A stretch of DNA of 59,030 nt. It comes from a virus. Below the pieces are notes generated by a model. It was given only the letters and a program-made list of their open reading frames with translations. It was not told the DNA's origin and searched no databases. The position numbers and the translations under genes are program-made. The stretch spans positions 1 through 59,030 of IMG/VR virus record IMGVR_UViG_3300048611_000080; one strand, written 5' to 3'. Of the stretch, positions 51,401-58,958 are shown in pieces; positions within the stretch are counted from its first letter, which is position 1, and the number at the start of each line of letters is the position of its first letter.

Positions 51401-53285
51401 CAGCGCGGAGGCGCATGTTCGGGGCAAGGGCGGCGTGCAGGGTTTCCCCTGATATGCCGATCTCTTTCTTTGCGGTTCCGAGGACTGCGGCGTAGTTGCC
51501 GGCAGGGATCACCACGTCATCACCCGACTGGATCGCCGCGACCATCTCGGCAGGATCGATGCGGAACGCCTGGGAGAGCTGTTCGGGGGTCAGGTCGTTG
51601 GCCTGCGCGAACTCGTTGATCGCCTCGGACGACACGCGCACGCTCTCCAGCGGGCCATCCTTGGTCACCGCTGCAACGGCTTCCCGGTATTTCTCAGGCA
51701 ACCGTGTGAGGAGCTTGGAGTCCTTTGCTCCCTGCGCCATGGCTTCGAAGGTGCGCTCCAGATCTTCGGAGCGTCGTTGCTGGGCGTTCTGCTCGAATTG
51801 CCGCGCCAGGGTGTCGACGCCCTGCGCCAGGGTCGTTTGCGCGCCGGACTGGACAACGGTGGCGACCGCCGTTTGCAGCGCCGCCGATGGCCGTTCGGCC
51901 AGGAACTCCGCCAGCGTCTTCTCCGGATTTAGGCTCGCCCATGTCGAGGCATCCTGAAGCAGTGTCGCCGCCTGCTCGCTTGCCCCTTCGGCGATGAGGT
52001 TGTTGCGGAGGGTCGTGAGGAACCCGGTCTTATTCGCGATGTCGCCGAACAGCTGCGACATCGGAATTTTCTCGGTGACGTATTCGATGGCGCCCTGAGT
52101 GACTGCATATTCCGTCGCCTCGTAGACGCTCAGCCCCTGTTCGCGGGCCTCGACATAAGACGGGCCTGTCGTGGCAATCGTCGCAGTCCCGATCGCCGGC
52201 AGCGGCGTCTTTGTAATCGCCGAGACGACAAGGCCTGGAGACTGGACCAGAAGAGACTGGACGCCGGAATAGACGCCGGCCTCGATGTCGTTCATCCCCG
52301 TAGGCGTCAGGCGCTCGCGCTCCCGCTTTGCCCCCAGCGCCAGCTGACCCAATGCACGCGAGGTCTGCGGCAGCAGATCAGCTTCATCGCGCGGCTTCTG
52401 CGGCAGGCGCCCGCTCTCGATGAACGCTCCCCGCTGGGCCTGCGTCATCTTTTCGCCGGTAATCGACATCAGCGCAGGCGATGACGGGCTGCGGAGATAG
52501 TCATCGATGAAGTCGGCGATCATCTGGCCCGTGCCGGCAAAGCCCTCGCCCAGTGCGGCTGGCGCCGATTGAGCGCCGGCCCCGATCAGCTTTCCGGCCC
52601 GCTCCCACCATTCAAGATTGTCGAGATCGTCGTGCGCGACATCGAAGTTCGCTCGGTCGCGCGCCCAATCACGCAGGAGCGGGGCGGATTCATAGACGCG
52701 GTCGATCTCGCGGGCCTGATCTGCGGCCCGGAAGCTTTCCCGGTTCTGCTCGACCTCGATCCGGTTGACGCCGGACTTGTCTGCAAGGTCGATATCCTGC
52801 GCCGCCTGTTCGGGCGTGGTCGGGCTGTCGAGCAGGCGGGAGCGGGTTTCGGACGCCAGCCGGGCTGCGTCGCGCTCGGCCTTGTAGGCGCGCAGATCGG
52901 TAATGTCGGCTTCGCTGAGCCCCAAACTGGGCGGTCCGCCGATTCCATCCTCACCGGACCCATATTGAGGTTCGCCCTCGATGTCGGCTCGCGTCAGGGC
53001 CGGGGACCGGCCTAAAGATGTATAGCCGCGTATCGGATCGTCTTCATCCGGCTCGATCACGGGTGCGGATGTCGAGCCTAGATATTCTCCCTGCGAACGC
53101 TTTGCCGGCCAGCCGGGGAGCGGATTGTCGCCGATCAGCGGATCGACCTTCGGCCTGGTGACCAAGGGCGTTTCGATGGCGCGCTTCAGCCTCGCCTCGT
53201 TCTCCTCGTTGACGCGGGCCATGGCGACTTCTTCGGCGAAGTCGGCGATGGCTCGACTTGCCGGAGAGCGAGGAACCGTAGCCAT
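45495..53285 (-). CDS. Giant (2596-aa) virion-associated polyvalent/internal ejection protein (T7 gp16 position)
   Basis: Single uninterrupted ORF. Contains an HExxH zincin motif (FVHEASHWY, nt 50568-50582) with a downstream HEAFAETFEAY, two LuxR/sigma-region-4-like HTH segments (aa 755-800 and 821-858, nt about 50712-51023), coiled-coil stretches and hydrophobic segments near the C-terminus. Confidence 0.8.
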   Translation of the reverse strand: MATVPRSPASRAIADFAEEVAMARVNEENEARLKRAIETPLVTRPKVDPLIGDNPLPGWPAKRSQGEYLGSTSAPVIEPDEDDPIRGYTSLGRSPALTRADIEGEPQYGSGEDGIGGPPSLGLSEADITDLRAYKAERDAARLASETRSRLLDSPTTPEQAAQDIDLADKSGVNRIEVEQNRESFRAADQAREIDRVYESAPLLRDWARDRANFDVAHDDLDNLEWWERAGKLIGAGAQSAPAALGEGFAGTGQMIADFIDDYLRSPSSPALMSITGEKMTQAQRGAFIESGRLPQKPRDEADLLPQTSRALGQLALGAKRERERLTPTGMNDIEAGVYSGVQSLLVQSPGLVVSAITKTPLPAIGTATIATTGPSYVEAREQGLSVYEATEYAVTQGAIEYVTEKIPMSQLFGDIANKTGFLTTLRNNLIAEGASEQAATLLQDASTWASLNPEKTLAEFLAERPSAALQTAVATVVQSGAQTTLAQGVDTLARQFEQNAQQRRSEDLERTFEAMAQGAKDSKLLTRLPEKYREAVAAVTKDGPLESVRVSSEAINEFAQANDLTPEQLSQAFRIDPAEMVAAIQSGDDVVIPAGNYAAVLGTAKKEIGISGETLHAALAPNMRLRADDFTAKEHEAMKAVFEEEQKARETSATTEQTFADSADRVRETIREQVANTKLFNTETANTQAAIAGEMVVTLAERTGQDPEALWKEMGFDVVAALTGEEDADALPQQTRRTPAPIDDETLTRASSVLSENEFEAWKAASEGLTNDEIAVRMGGEEGKVTETAVSVYLGRAEKKGFPSEKLVGGRPQAPETEGVIRMLARGADVADIAQVMFPDRDPAKAKNQIRAMRSKYADRVEAARSKMAFAQGDMRGSFTPRADRSVIRLFESSNLSTFVHEASHWYLDTLWKMAQTETPHPFVQEQLAAILEWKGKSPNWTAMFDAQGRVTEEGRDVHEAFAETFEAYLREGKAPSTSLRSVFATLKQWLLRIYKSITQIGRRVRLNDEIRAVFDRMLATEEAIKAATQTSARDSEQMAKALLDKGVITEKAFERTKARLLAARERAEADLMARLMEDYERNQKAWWRSEERQVRAEVTSEVDERPEQRAYQWLSGGGWRSTQGDFIDAAAIEAEAVSALLQADGFLDNTKYFEPNATDESLAALRQRMMDDNVVPIILLFRTDAGRIIAFPGGNDGYHHDLARVVFALGDIKLEHGVYNPKKWPTLADMDKAGVHAWYATSGTEADIKAPASGEVSSGLLVYRGSGEDVLGEVEKGRLGNGLYSAEEPWIGAEWGGQTGKIDAWRINGKLFDLDEETSRGLENYEKPDDTPQAKALFARLKAEGYVGVRDPWSGHINVFVEGAMVRQPEADQELGSTWTNDEEMLAQTGSSGRTVPPPNLPPMRLDLNAVREQYGEDALAKLPPEVRAYSAAATDADQFLEIARDVRRTLNQKKPRSLWQFLARRRYIGSGNDKIAYSGIRDPGGEIKSMIGERKTAPGLLADETKDNKRVRSYSIHDAAVAAWEEGYFSGESPPDDNDFLDALGNDVGGQGPLYSRTDIDTVQKIRDAETWEQWFDGQGIDIAEKDGAVLRAKIETALTGQTENAIGPDEAAPFFDMPDGNALLQGLREGPRRNALIKQLTEQRMIARHGDPFKDGTIMQEAEKFARNEVQQRHFEIELEALAKAAGQQFAGNLAKQQAQENLRTKQVREVLNYNQWLILEQRWGRKAMEAAGKGKFDEAAQFKRYQLVNLHMFREGRKMAEDAEKTRKHLIAYGSKTKQQRLFSAGEDYASQMNGLLDDYMLRPESKRQEGRRASRAQWIQAQMAGIDPFAAYQDPTKTSEEQRVAAAEALERSQALAALAEGAEARNYKSLTVEELESVRAEADMIWRLATLKDRLIKEGERRRLSLAAEDIAAEVETNQPNQKPPEPLETDTAGEIVKGSVQKYFAMHRTLHSLAHQFAGGKDGGVFWRYIVKPLNAAFAHLSSLRKQMGEDVIGLFGAYTQAEQERFYRDRRRFNGIGRSLTTQGRLAIALNWGNAVNRKRLMDAYGWNEGQVQEVLDTLSKRDWDWVQSTWNYLDTWFPEANRVHESVHGAPMSKEQPLQIATRFGIYAGGYYPLKFDPKLSSKTGQRAIEADALPQTGNIGQRRREGYTRERVKGKVTLPLRLSALDVIVQHLDEVARSIATEEILFDIGRIIKRREVEDAIVGRHGRQIYNTIVSQLVTAKFGMEGTSGLLAHLRNGATVVGLAWKASTAALQVLGASNSVVRVGGPWVAKGYARMGKDAATLQSSADWIMERSEFMRHRRQTQSPEMASLLDAVKNKWTPSFIPRHLRMAHRWMVRNGFALMANTQFYGVDMPTWYGAYFKAQHYGAEEGDAIAMADQAVVDAQGGGELHQLAAMQSGAGTKYAALLRILTNFMSYMITTYNLGVQRVRNARTAGQIAALSLDLMILAAVPVAGKMTLDLLTRGIGDDDEPEEWAERYAREQVAFLFGPFVGVSQFAGSARGDDSYGYKGPAGLAIFSELNQMGSAVAEADFDQSFWKPANRAAGMVFHYPAGQVQASVLGAQALWNGETDNPAAIFFGPPPAN

Positions 53286-54983
53286 CTACTGCGCCGCCTC
53301 GATCTGCCGGTAGATCGCCATGGTTTCAGCCGGCGTCGGCTTGTTTCCTGTGTTGCGGTAGAACGTGTCCTCGATGCGCGCTATGATATCCGGGTCCAGT
53401 TGCCCGGCCCCCACCATGCCCTCCATGCCGGTCCCAATAAGATCGTTCACGGCGAGGCCGAACTGTCCCGGCGCTGCAAAGCCCCGACTGCCCATGGCGC
53501 GAGCGATGAAGTCCCGCGTCTCGTCTTTGGTGATGGGCTTGCCGGTCGCCGCCTGGTCCTTGGCGTAGCCGCGCAGCAGGCCAAGCACCTCCGTGGCCTC
53601 CTTTTTCTGATTCTGCGTTCCGATCTTCCAGTCCTCGGGCGCAACGCGCTTCAGCTCCTGGGTCAGTTCCGTCATCGACGCATCGACTGGCTGCGATACC
53701 TGGCCCTGTATCCGGCGCTTGGTGATCTCGTCACGAACCGCCTGCTGGTCTTCGAGCGTGAGATTGTCGAACTTCCGCCTGGCGTCAGTCGACCACTTGT
53801 CGTAACCGGCGACGAACCGCTCCGGCAGCATGGTCTCAAGCTCGTTGCGGAAATTGGTCGATTGGATTTTCCAGAACTGCTTTTCGGTATAGCCCATCGT
53901 GCCTTCAGCATCGCGGGCGTTCTCGAATGCACGGATGGAGCCCAGCCGGTCGGGGTCGATTTCCGCACGCAAGGACGGCGGTGCATTTCCGATCTTGCCA
54001 CCCCCTTCGACATGAGCCCACATCGCCTCTTCCAGTCCGTCTTGATGTTCGTTTTCCGCCTGATCCGCCATGAGGCGCAGCCGGTTGCCGCGCTCCTCGA
54101 CTTGCGTTCGGAGCCTGGCGTCTTCGATCTTGCCGGTTTCCTTGACGAACCTGCCGTAATCGCCTTCAGCCTTGGCCCAGAGATCATCGGTCATCGTGAC
54201 CACACGGGCATCGAACTTGGCGTCCTGCAGACCCTTCTCGATCGCCTGACGCTTGGCCGGGTCGAGTTCCTTGTAGTTGGCCTTGAACTGGGCTTCGGCC
54301 TCGGCCACGCGACCGTCACGGACCAACGCATCGACATTGGCCGTGACCCGCGCCGTCTTGTCGTCGACAATCCACTTGTCGAGTTGGGCAAGCTGTAGGG
54401 CTGCGTCGTCCTTTTCCAGCACGCCGCTCTGCGCCTGCCTACCGATCAGATTGCGCTGGGCGTTCACTGACTCAACGAACGTCTTTTCCTCGATCGCCAT
54501 ATCCCCGATTGCGGCTTGCAGCGCAGCGGATTCCTTAATGATCCCGGCGCGCATATCGGTAAGCTGACGCTTGCGGGTTAGGTCTCTCGCCTTCAGGACT
54601 CCATTCGACTGCCATTGCGTCTTGGCGCGTTCGGTCCACATCGCCTTAGCGCCCTGCGGAACGATCTCGGCATTCTTCGAGATGACCGCATCCGAGGCTT
54701 CCTTGAACCGGGTCTCGATGGTTGCGGCGTCGATGGTCCCGTCGGTTTCAAGCTTCCGGTATTCCCGGTCGATGTCCTCGCGGGTTTTCCTGTCGGCCTC
54801 TGTGACCTTCCTGTCGATATCGGCCTTTTCGATCCGTCTGGCGACCTCGCCTAAGGCGCTAGCAGCTTGTGCAGCCGCCTCCCATGCTCCGCTTGAGCGG
54901 TCTTCCACCACGGGAACATTGACGACGCGGCGGGTCTGCTGGGCAGGGCCAGCCAAATCAACCGCTCTTGGAATTCTAGCCAT
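53286..54983 (-). CDS. Internal virion protein (T7 gp15 position)
   Basis: 565 aa, highly charged and helical. Abuts the giant ORF start. Confidence 0.55.
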   Translation of the reverse strand: MARIPRAVDLAGPAQQTRRVVNVPVVEDRSSGAWEAAAQAASALGEVARRIEKADIDRKVTEADRKTREDIDREYRKLETDGTIDAATIETRFKEASDAVISKNAEIVPQGAKAMWTERAKTQWQSNGVLKARDLTRKRQLTDMRAGIIKESAALQAAIGDMAIEEKTFVESVNAQRNLIGRQAQSGVLEKDDAALQLAQLDKWIVDDKTARVTANVDALVRDGRVAEAEAQFKANYKELDPAKRQAIEKGLQDAKFDARVVTMTDDLWAKAEGDYGRFVKETGKIEDARLRTQVEERGNRLRLMADQAENEHQDGLEEAMWAHVEGGGKIGNAPPSLRAEIDPDRLGSIRAFENARDAEGTMGYTEKQFWKIQSTNFRNELETMLPERFVAGYDKWSTDARRKFDNLTLEDQQAVRDEITKRRIQGQVSQPVDASMTELTQELKRVAPEDWKIGTQNQKKEATEVLGLLRGYAKDQAATGKPITKDETRDFIARAMGSRGFAAPGQFGLAVNDLIGTGMEGMVGAGQLDPDIIARIEDTFYRNTGNKPTPAETMAIYRQIEAAQ

Positions 54984-54986
54984 GCA

Positions 54987-55493
54987 TCATCCGCCGAAGG
55001 TGGCTTTCCACGACGACGAGCCCACGGCGCTTCCGATGCTGGACAGCAGCGAGGCCGTCGCCCCATAGCTCGCGGCCTTGCCCATGGCCTGAAAAGACCG
55101 CGCCTGTTGCGCGCCTGTGGTCCGCGTGACGGCGGCGGCGTAGCGGTCCTGCCGTGCCGAATCCTCTGCCTCGGCCATTGTCAGTAGGCTTTCCATGGAC
55201 GCTTCACGGATGGTCTCGTCGGTGATCGCCAGAACGGTGGCGTCGGTGGTGTCCCCGCCGCCGGCCGCGGCCGCCGCCCGCTGCGACGACATGATCTCCT
55301 TGGCCCGCTTGGCGATGCGCTCGGAATTGTAGGTCCCGACCGCCAACCCCTGGCGCGCACGGGTTTCGAGCTGGCGGGCCTCGGCTTCAGCCGCCATCTG
55401 GGCGCGCTCCGCCGATATCTTGTAGGCCTGCTCTTCCTTTTTGCTGGCCTTGTACTGGGTGACGGCCCCGAAAATGTCGAAAATAAATGACAT
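54987..55493 (-). CDS. Internal virion protein (T7 gp14 position)
   Basis: 168 aa, Ala-rich and helical, with a Gly/Ser-rich C-terminus. Confidence 0.5.
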   Translation of the reverse strand: MSFIFDIFGAVTQYKASKKEEQAYKISAERAQMAAEAEARQLETRARQGLAVGTYNSERIAKRAKEIMSSQRAAAAAGGGDTTDATVLAITDETIREASMESLLTMAEAEDSARQDRYAAAVTRTTGAQQARSFQAMGKAASYGATASLLSSIGSAVGSSSWKATFGG

Positions 55494-55572
55494 TACGACC
55501 TTTCACGGACCGGGGCGGCGTCAGCGCTTACCGACCTCTCGTCGCGAGGAATTGTTGGCATTTGTTATGGAG

Positions 55573-56046
55573 CTAAGACCGCTTGGGAGAACGCCCGGTC
55601 AGCCAGCCCCATCTCCTTCCTGCGCGGATCGCCATGATTGCATAGGCGCCCACTCCGAATTCCTTCGCTAAGACCTTGGTTGGCCTGTCGTCTGCGTCGA
55701 TTGCCAAGACTTGGTCCATGGTCAGCTTGGCGCACGGATGCCTACCATGCCTTAGGTCGGTTCCGTGTTCATGCATGTCAGCCATGTTCTCGGCGCGCGT
55801 AGCCCACTTTAGATGCAGCGGATGCATACACCCTGCGTGACCCTGCCCGCACTTATGCGCCGCCTGCGCTCGTGGAAACGGGGGCGGTCCATTGACAAGC
55901 TCACACATGTATCTGTGGGCGAGCACCAACTTGCCGCCGCGTCGAATCTGGCCGTACCCCATGTTGTTGCGGGTGAACGGCCAGATCAGACACTCTTCGG
56001 AACTGTAGTTGATGTGATCCCGAATAAACCGCTCGCACTTGCCCAC
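55573..56046 (-). CDS. Free-standing HNH homing endonuclease (HNH_3-like)
   Basis: CLIWPFTRNNMGYGQIRRGGKLVLAHRYMCELVNG...AHKCGQGHAGCMHPLHLKWATRAENMADM. Confidence 0.78.
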   Translation of the reverse strand: MGKCERFIRDHINYSSEECLIWPFTRNNMGYGQIRRGGKLVLAHRYMCELVNGPPPFPRAQAAHKCGQGHAGCMHPLHLKWATRAENMADMHEHGTDLRHGRHPCAKLTMDQVLAIDADDRPTKVLAKEFGVGAYAIMAIRAGRRWGWLTGRSPKRS

Positions 56047-56088
56047 GTTTCGACTCCGCTTTACTGGAGCCTCACGATGGATTACGTT

Positions 56089-56117
56089 CTATCACCACGT
56101 CAATCACTTTGTGATAG
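56089..56117. promoter_or_regulatory. Inverted and direct ATCAC repeats upstream of the RHH gene (operator candidate)
   Basis: CTATCAC (56089-56095), ATCAC (56103-56107), GTGATAG (56111-56117). Confidence 0.45.
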
Positions 56118-56126
56118 GTAGCGATA

Positions 56127-56297
56127 GTGGCCGAACGCACTGCCCAGATCAGTTTCAAGATGACGCCGGAGCTTAAGTCTGCCATCGAAGCTGCCGCGAT
56201 TGCCGATTCTCGCTCCGTCTCCTCCCTAGTGATCAAGGTCCTGACCGACTGGGCCAAGACGCACGGCCATCTGCCCGACAAGCCAAAGCGGCGTTAG
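56127..56297 (+). CDS. Ribbon-helix-helix (CopG/Arc-type) protein, 56 aa, antisense to the late operon
   Basis: Manual translation (below the ORF-track cutoff): VAERTAQISFKMTPELKSAIEAAAIADSRSVSSLVIKVLTDWAKTHGHLPDKPKRR. RHH pattern, high third-position GC. The GTG is the first start after an in-frame stop. Confidence 0.62.
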   Translation: MAERTAQISFKMTPELKSAIEAAAIADSRSVSSLVIKVLTDWAKTHGHLPDKPKRR

Positions 56298-56652
56298 TTA
56301 GGACAAGTATCCACTCCGCCTCAGAAGGGTCCACGGGGCGGAACCCGAGACGCTTGAGCCATTCCCTCGCCCGCGGAATTGTGTCGTCCAGCTTCGCCCG
56401 GATTTCGGTCGCTCCTGCCCGCCCTACGGCGTGGAGCAGGTCCAGCGACTTCCGGTGGATGCCGTGCGGAAACTCTCCCCTGCCCCCGAAGGACGCCCAC
56501 CAGCGGTTATCATCCCCGACAAAGCAGCAGCCGATCGCCACCAGATCGCTATCCCGCCGGCAGGCGAACCCCACCATGCGGGACGGATCGGGATAGACCT
56601 CGACCCCCCATTCCTCGAAATGCTCGGGGCCTAGGTCGTCATACCGGATCAT
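56233..56652 (-). CDS. GNAT-like acetyltransferase-fold protein (tentative)
   Basis: Start MIRYDD in an ATGA overlap with the tubular-B-like stop. ...WWASFGGRGEFPHGIHRKSLDLLHAVGRAGATEIRAKLDDTIPRAREWLKRLGFRPV resembles the GNAT beta4-alpha3-beta5-alpha4 core. The last roughly 30 codons have low third-position GC and the final 65 nt (56233-56297) overlap the RHH gene. Confidence 0.42.
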   Translation of the reverse strand: MIRYDDLGPEHFEEWGVEVYPDPSRMVGFACRRDSDLVAIGCCFVGDDNRWWASFGGRGEFPHGIHRKSLDLLHAVGRAGATEIRAKLDDTIPRAREWLKRLGFRPVDPSEAEWILVLTNAALACRADGRASWPSRSGP

Positions 56653-58958
56653 CCGGACTTTTCGTTGGTTTCCAGATGCGGAACCATGCCGAGTAAGGTT
56701 GCCGGACCCGCCGTGGGCATCAGTATGCATACCCTCGGGTCCTTGCCGGATGCGCCCTCGAAGGGCAGGTTCTTGTCGTCGGTGATCTCCACCATGGCGG
56801 CGTCGTAGCTGGCCGGATCGGCCCCGCGGAGCACGCTCATGTTCGTAAAATCGCGTCCCCATTTGAGCGCGCCCGGCGCCGTCCGGTAGGGCAGAAGCCC
56901 GATCCGGGTTATCTTCCGGTCCTGGGTAAGCGCCGTTCCCGTGTTGGCCCCGCCCATGACGCGAGGAGATTTGTATTTCCCATCATAGAGCAGCCCGACA
57001 ACGGCATAGGTGGCGGCGTAGGTCAGTGTGATCGCCCCGCCCGAGACCGTGAACGGACCCTGCTGATAGCCGCCGGTCCAGGCATGGACGGTCTCGCCCT
57101 CGAGATGGTCGAGACCGGTGATGCTGGTGGTCGAGACGCCGGAATACTCGACCGCATCCCTCAACCGCCAGACATCCTCCATGTTCTCCCAGGCTTCGGG
57201 AGCGAGCTTTTCCAGATGGCGAACGGTCGAGCCGTCAATCGTCCGGCGGACGACGAAGTAAATCTGATCCTCGACGTCTCCGGGAACGCAGCAGACGCTC
57301 TCGTAGAAGGCCCCCTCGTCGATCAGCCGGCACCAGGCGACGACGCCCTCGGTCGGCTCGAACAGGAGCACCGCCATGTGTCCGTCATCGCAGGGTATCC
57401 ATATCCTTGGCTCCGGATTGTACTGGACCGCCCCCTCCAGAGCGCCATCGTCGGTTCCCTCATCCCCGAAGATGAACCGGTGCAGCCGGGTCAGCTCGTT
57501 GAGTTCGTATCTCTCCCCGGTAAGCTCCATGCGGAACAGCTTGCGGCGGCTACGGTCGATGAACCCGACATCATCATCGATGACAAACCCATCCGCCGTG
57601 GTCGAGGACCCGCGCCGCGATCTCGGCCTGGATTTAGCCGTGGTCGGCGTGATCACATCGTCGAGCGCGTTGGTCCCGATCTCGGCCTCGCGCGCATCCA
57701 TCCCGATCATCAGCCGGGATATGCCCTTCATCCAGACAGCCGACCCCCAGCCGCCGGTGACCCTCCGGGTAAACGCCTTGGCGTCGTCGGCTCCGATCTC
57801 GAAGCCTTCGAAATCATCCGATTCCGAGGCCCAGAATCGGTCGTCGCGCCCAAGCCACAGCCTGCCATCGGCTAGAGCGGGGGCGGCAGGCCAGCCGGCG
57901 ACGTCCGACCAGGCGCCGAACGCCCAGTCTGTGGTCGCCGTCGTCTTACCGACCGGGCGCAGGATGTCGATCGTCACAGAGTTGTCGGCATTGACCTGGT
58001 AGATACGAGCGATGCCTTCGGTCGATCCGTTGGCGTGGGTCAGCGAGACGGTTGCGGTTCCACTCGTCCATGCCGTGGCGAGAACGCGGTAATAGATGAT
58101 CTGGTTGTCGAGATCGTCGTCATAAGTGGTCGAGGTCGTGGTGGCGTGGGTCTGGTAGGTGACCCAGTTGAGTTCGTTGCCGACGCTGCGCTGGAGCACC
58201 AGGGTTCCGCTGAACGTGCCCGTGATGTCGAGCGTGAACTTGCGATTGTCGCCGGTTCCGGTGACCCGGACGTTTTCGGTATGCTCGTCGATCGCATCGA
58301 TGGACGCCGTTATGAACTGGCCCTGGTGAAGTAGCCTGATCAGGGCGCCGGCATGGGCGGCGCGGAAGACCGGGGCCGAAGCTGAGAGCGTGGCCGAGCC
58401 GGTGCGGGAGTTGGCTGTCATCGTCGTTGATGTGACGTTGAGATTGGCGAAGGGTCCGCTTTCCGGCTGGTACTGTCGCAGGCTCCACGATTTGGCGCCC
58501 CTGCGCTCCAATACGCGGGTCTGCACGCCCTTGGTCGCAATCCAGGCGACATCGAAGCTCTGCTCAAACCGCAGGGTCCTGAGATGCGTTTCCTGCCATG
58601 GCGTCGTGAGCGTCAGGTCTCCCCCGGTGACAGCCTGGAAGCCCGAGAGTTCAGCCGCGCCTAAATCCGCATCGACATAGCCGATGTCCGGCAGGCGGAA
58701 CTCGACATAGTAGGGCGAGACCCCGGGCGTGATGGTGATAAGATGCTCGCCGGGGTAGAGCGTGATATCGGTGAATATCTCCTGTCCGCCCGCGCTGGTT
58801 CCCGCCCGCATCTTGAGCGGGCGCCGGTCGGTCGAGAACTGGAACGTGACCTCGTCGTCCGGCGCTGCCGTCGTGATCTCCGAGCGCGCCACCGCCTCGC
58901 TGCCGGCGGAGGTAAAGAACAGGACCGTGTTGTTCGCCGGAACATAGACGATGCTCAC
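56649..58958 (-). CDS. Tail tubular protein B / nozzle (T7 gp12-like)
   Basis: 769 aa (T7 gp12 is 794 aa). Position follows the gp11-like gene. The GTG start lies inside the terminal overlap. Confidence 0.6.
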   Translation of the reverse strand: MSIVYVPANNTVLFFTSAGSEAVARSEITTAAPDDEVTFQFSTDRRPLKMRAGTSAGGQEIFTDITLYPGEHLITITPGVSPYYVEFRLPDIGYVDADLGAAELSGFQAVTGGDLTLTTPWQETHLRTLRFEQSFDVAWIATKGVQTRVLERRGAKSWSLRQYQPESGPFANLNVTSTTMTANSRTGSATLSASAPVFRAAHAGALIRLLHQGQFITASIDAIDEHTENVRVTGTGDNRKFTLDITGTFSGTLVLQRSVGNELNWVTYQTHATTTSTTYDDDLDNQIIYYRVLATAWTSGTATVSLTHANGSTEGIARIYQVNADNSVTIDILRPVGKTTATTDWAFGAWSDVAGWPAAPALADGRLWLGRDDRFWASESDDFEGFEIGADDAKAFTRRVTGGWGSAVWMKGISRLMIGMDAREAEIGTNALDDVITPTTAKSRPRSRRGSSTTADGFVIDDDVGFIDRSRRKLFRMELTGERYELNELTRLHRFIFGDEGTDDGALEGAVQYNPEPRIWIPCDDGHMAVLLFEPTEGVVAWCRLIDEGAFYESVCCVPGDVEDQIYFVVRRTIDGSTVRHLEKLAPEAWENMEDVWRLRDAVEYSGVSTTSITGLDHLEGETVHAWTGGYQQGPFTVSGGAITLTYAATYAVVGLLYDGKYKSPRVMGGANTGTALTQDRKITRIGLLPYRTAPGALKWGRDFTNMSVLRGADPASYDAAMVEITDDKNLPFEGASGKDPRVCILMPTAGPATLLGMVPHLETNEKSG

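Noticed and set aside
56072-56281. 69-aa minus-strand ORF between the HNH and GNAT-like genes.
   Set aside because: It is antisense to the plus-strand frame that encodes a clean ribbon-helix-helix sequence with high third-position GC.
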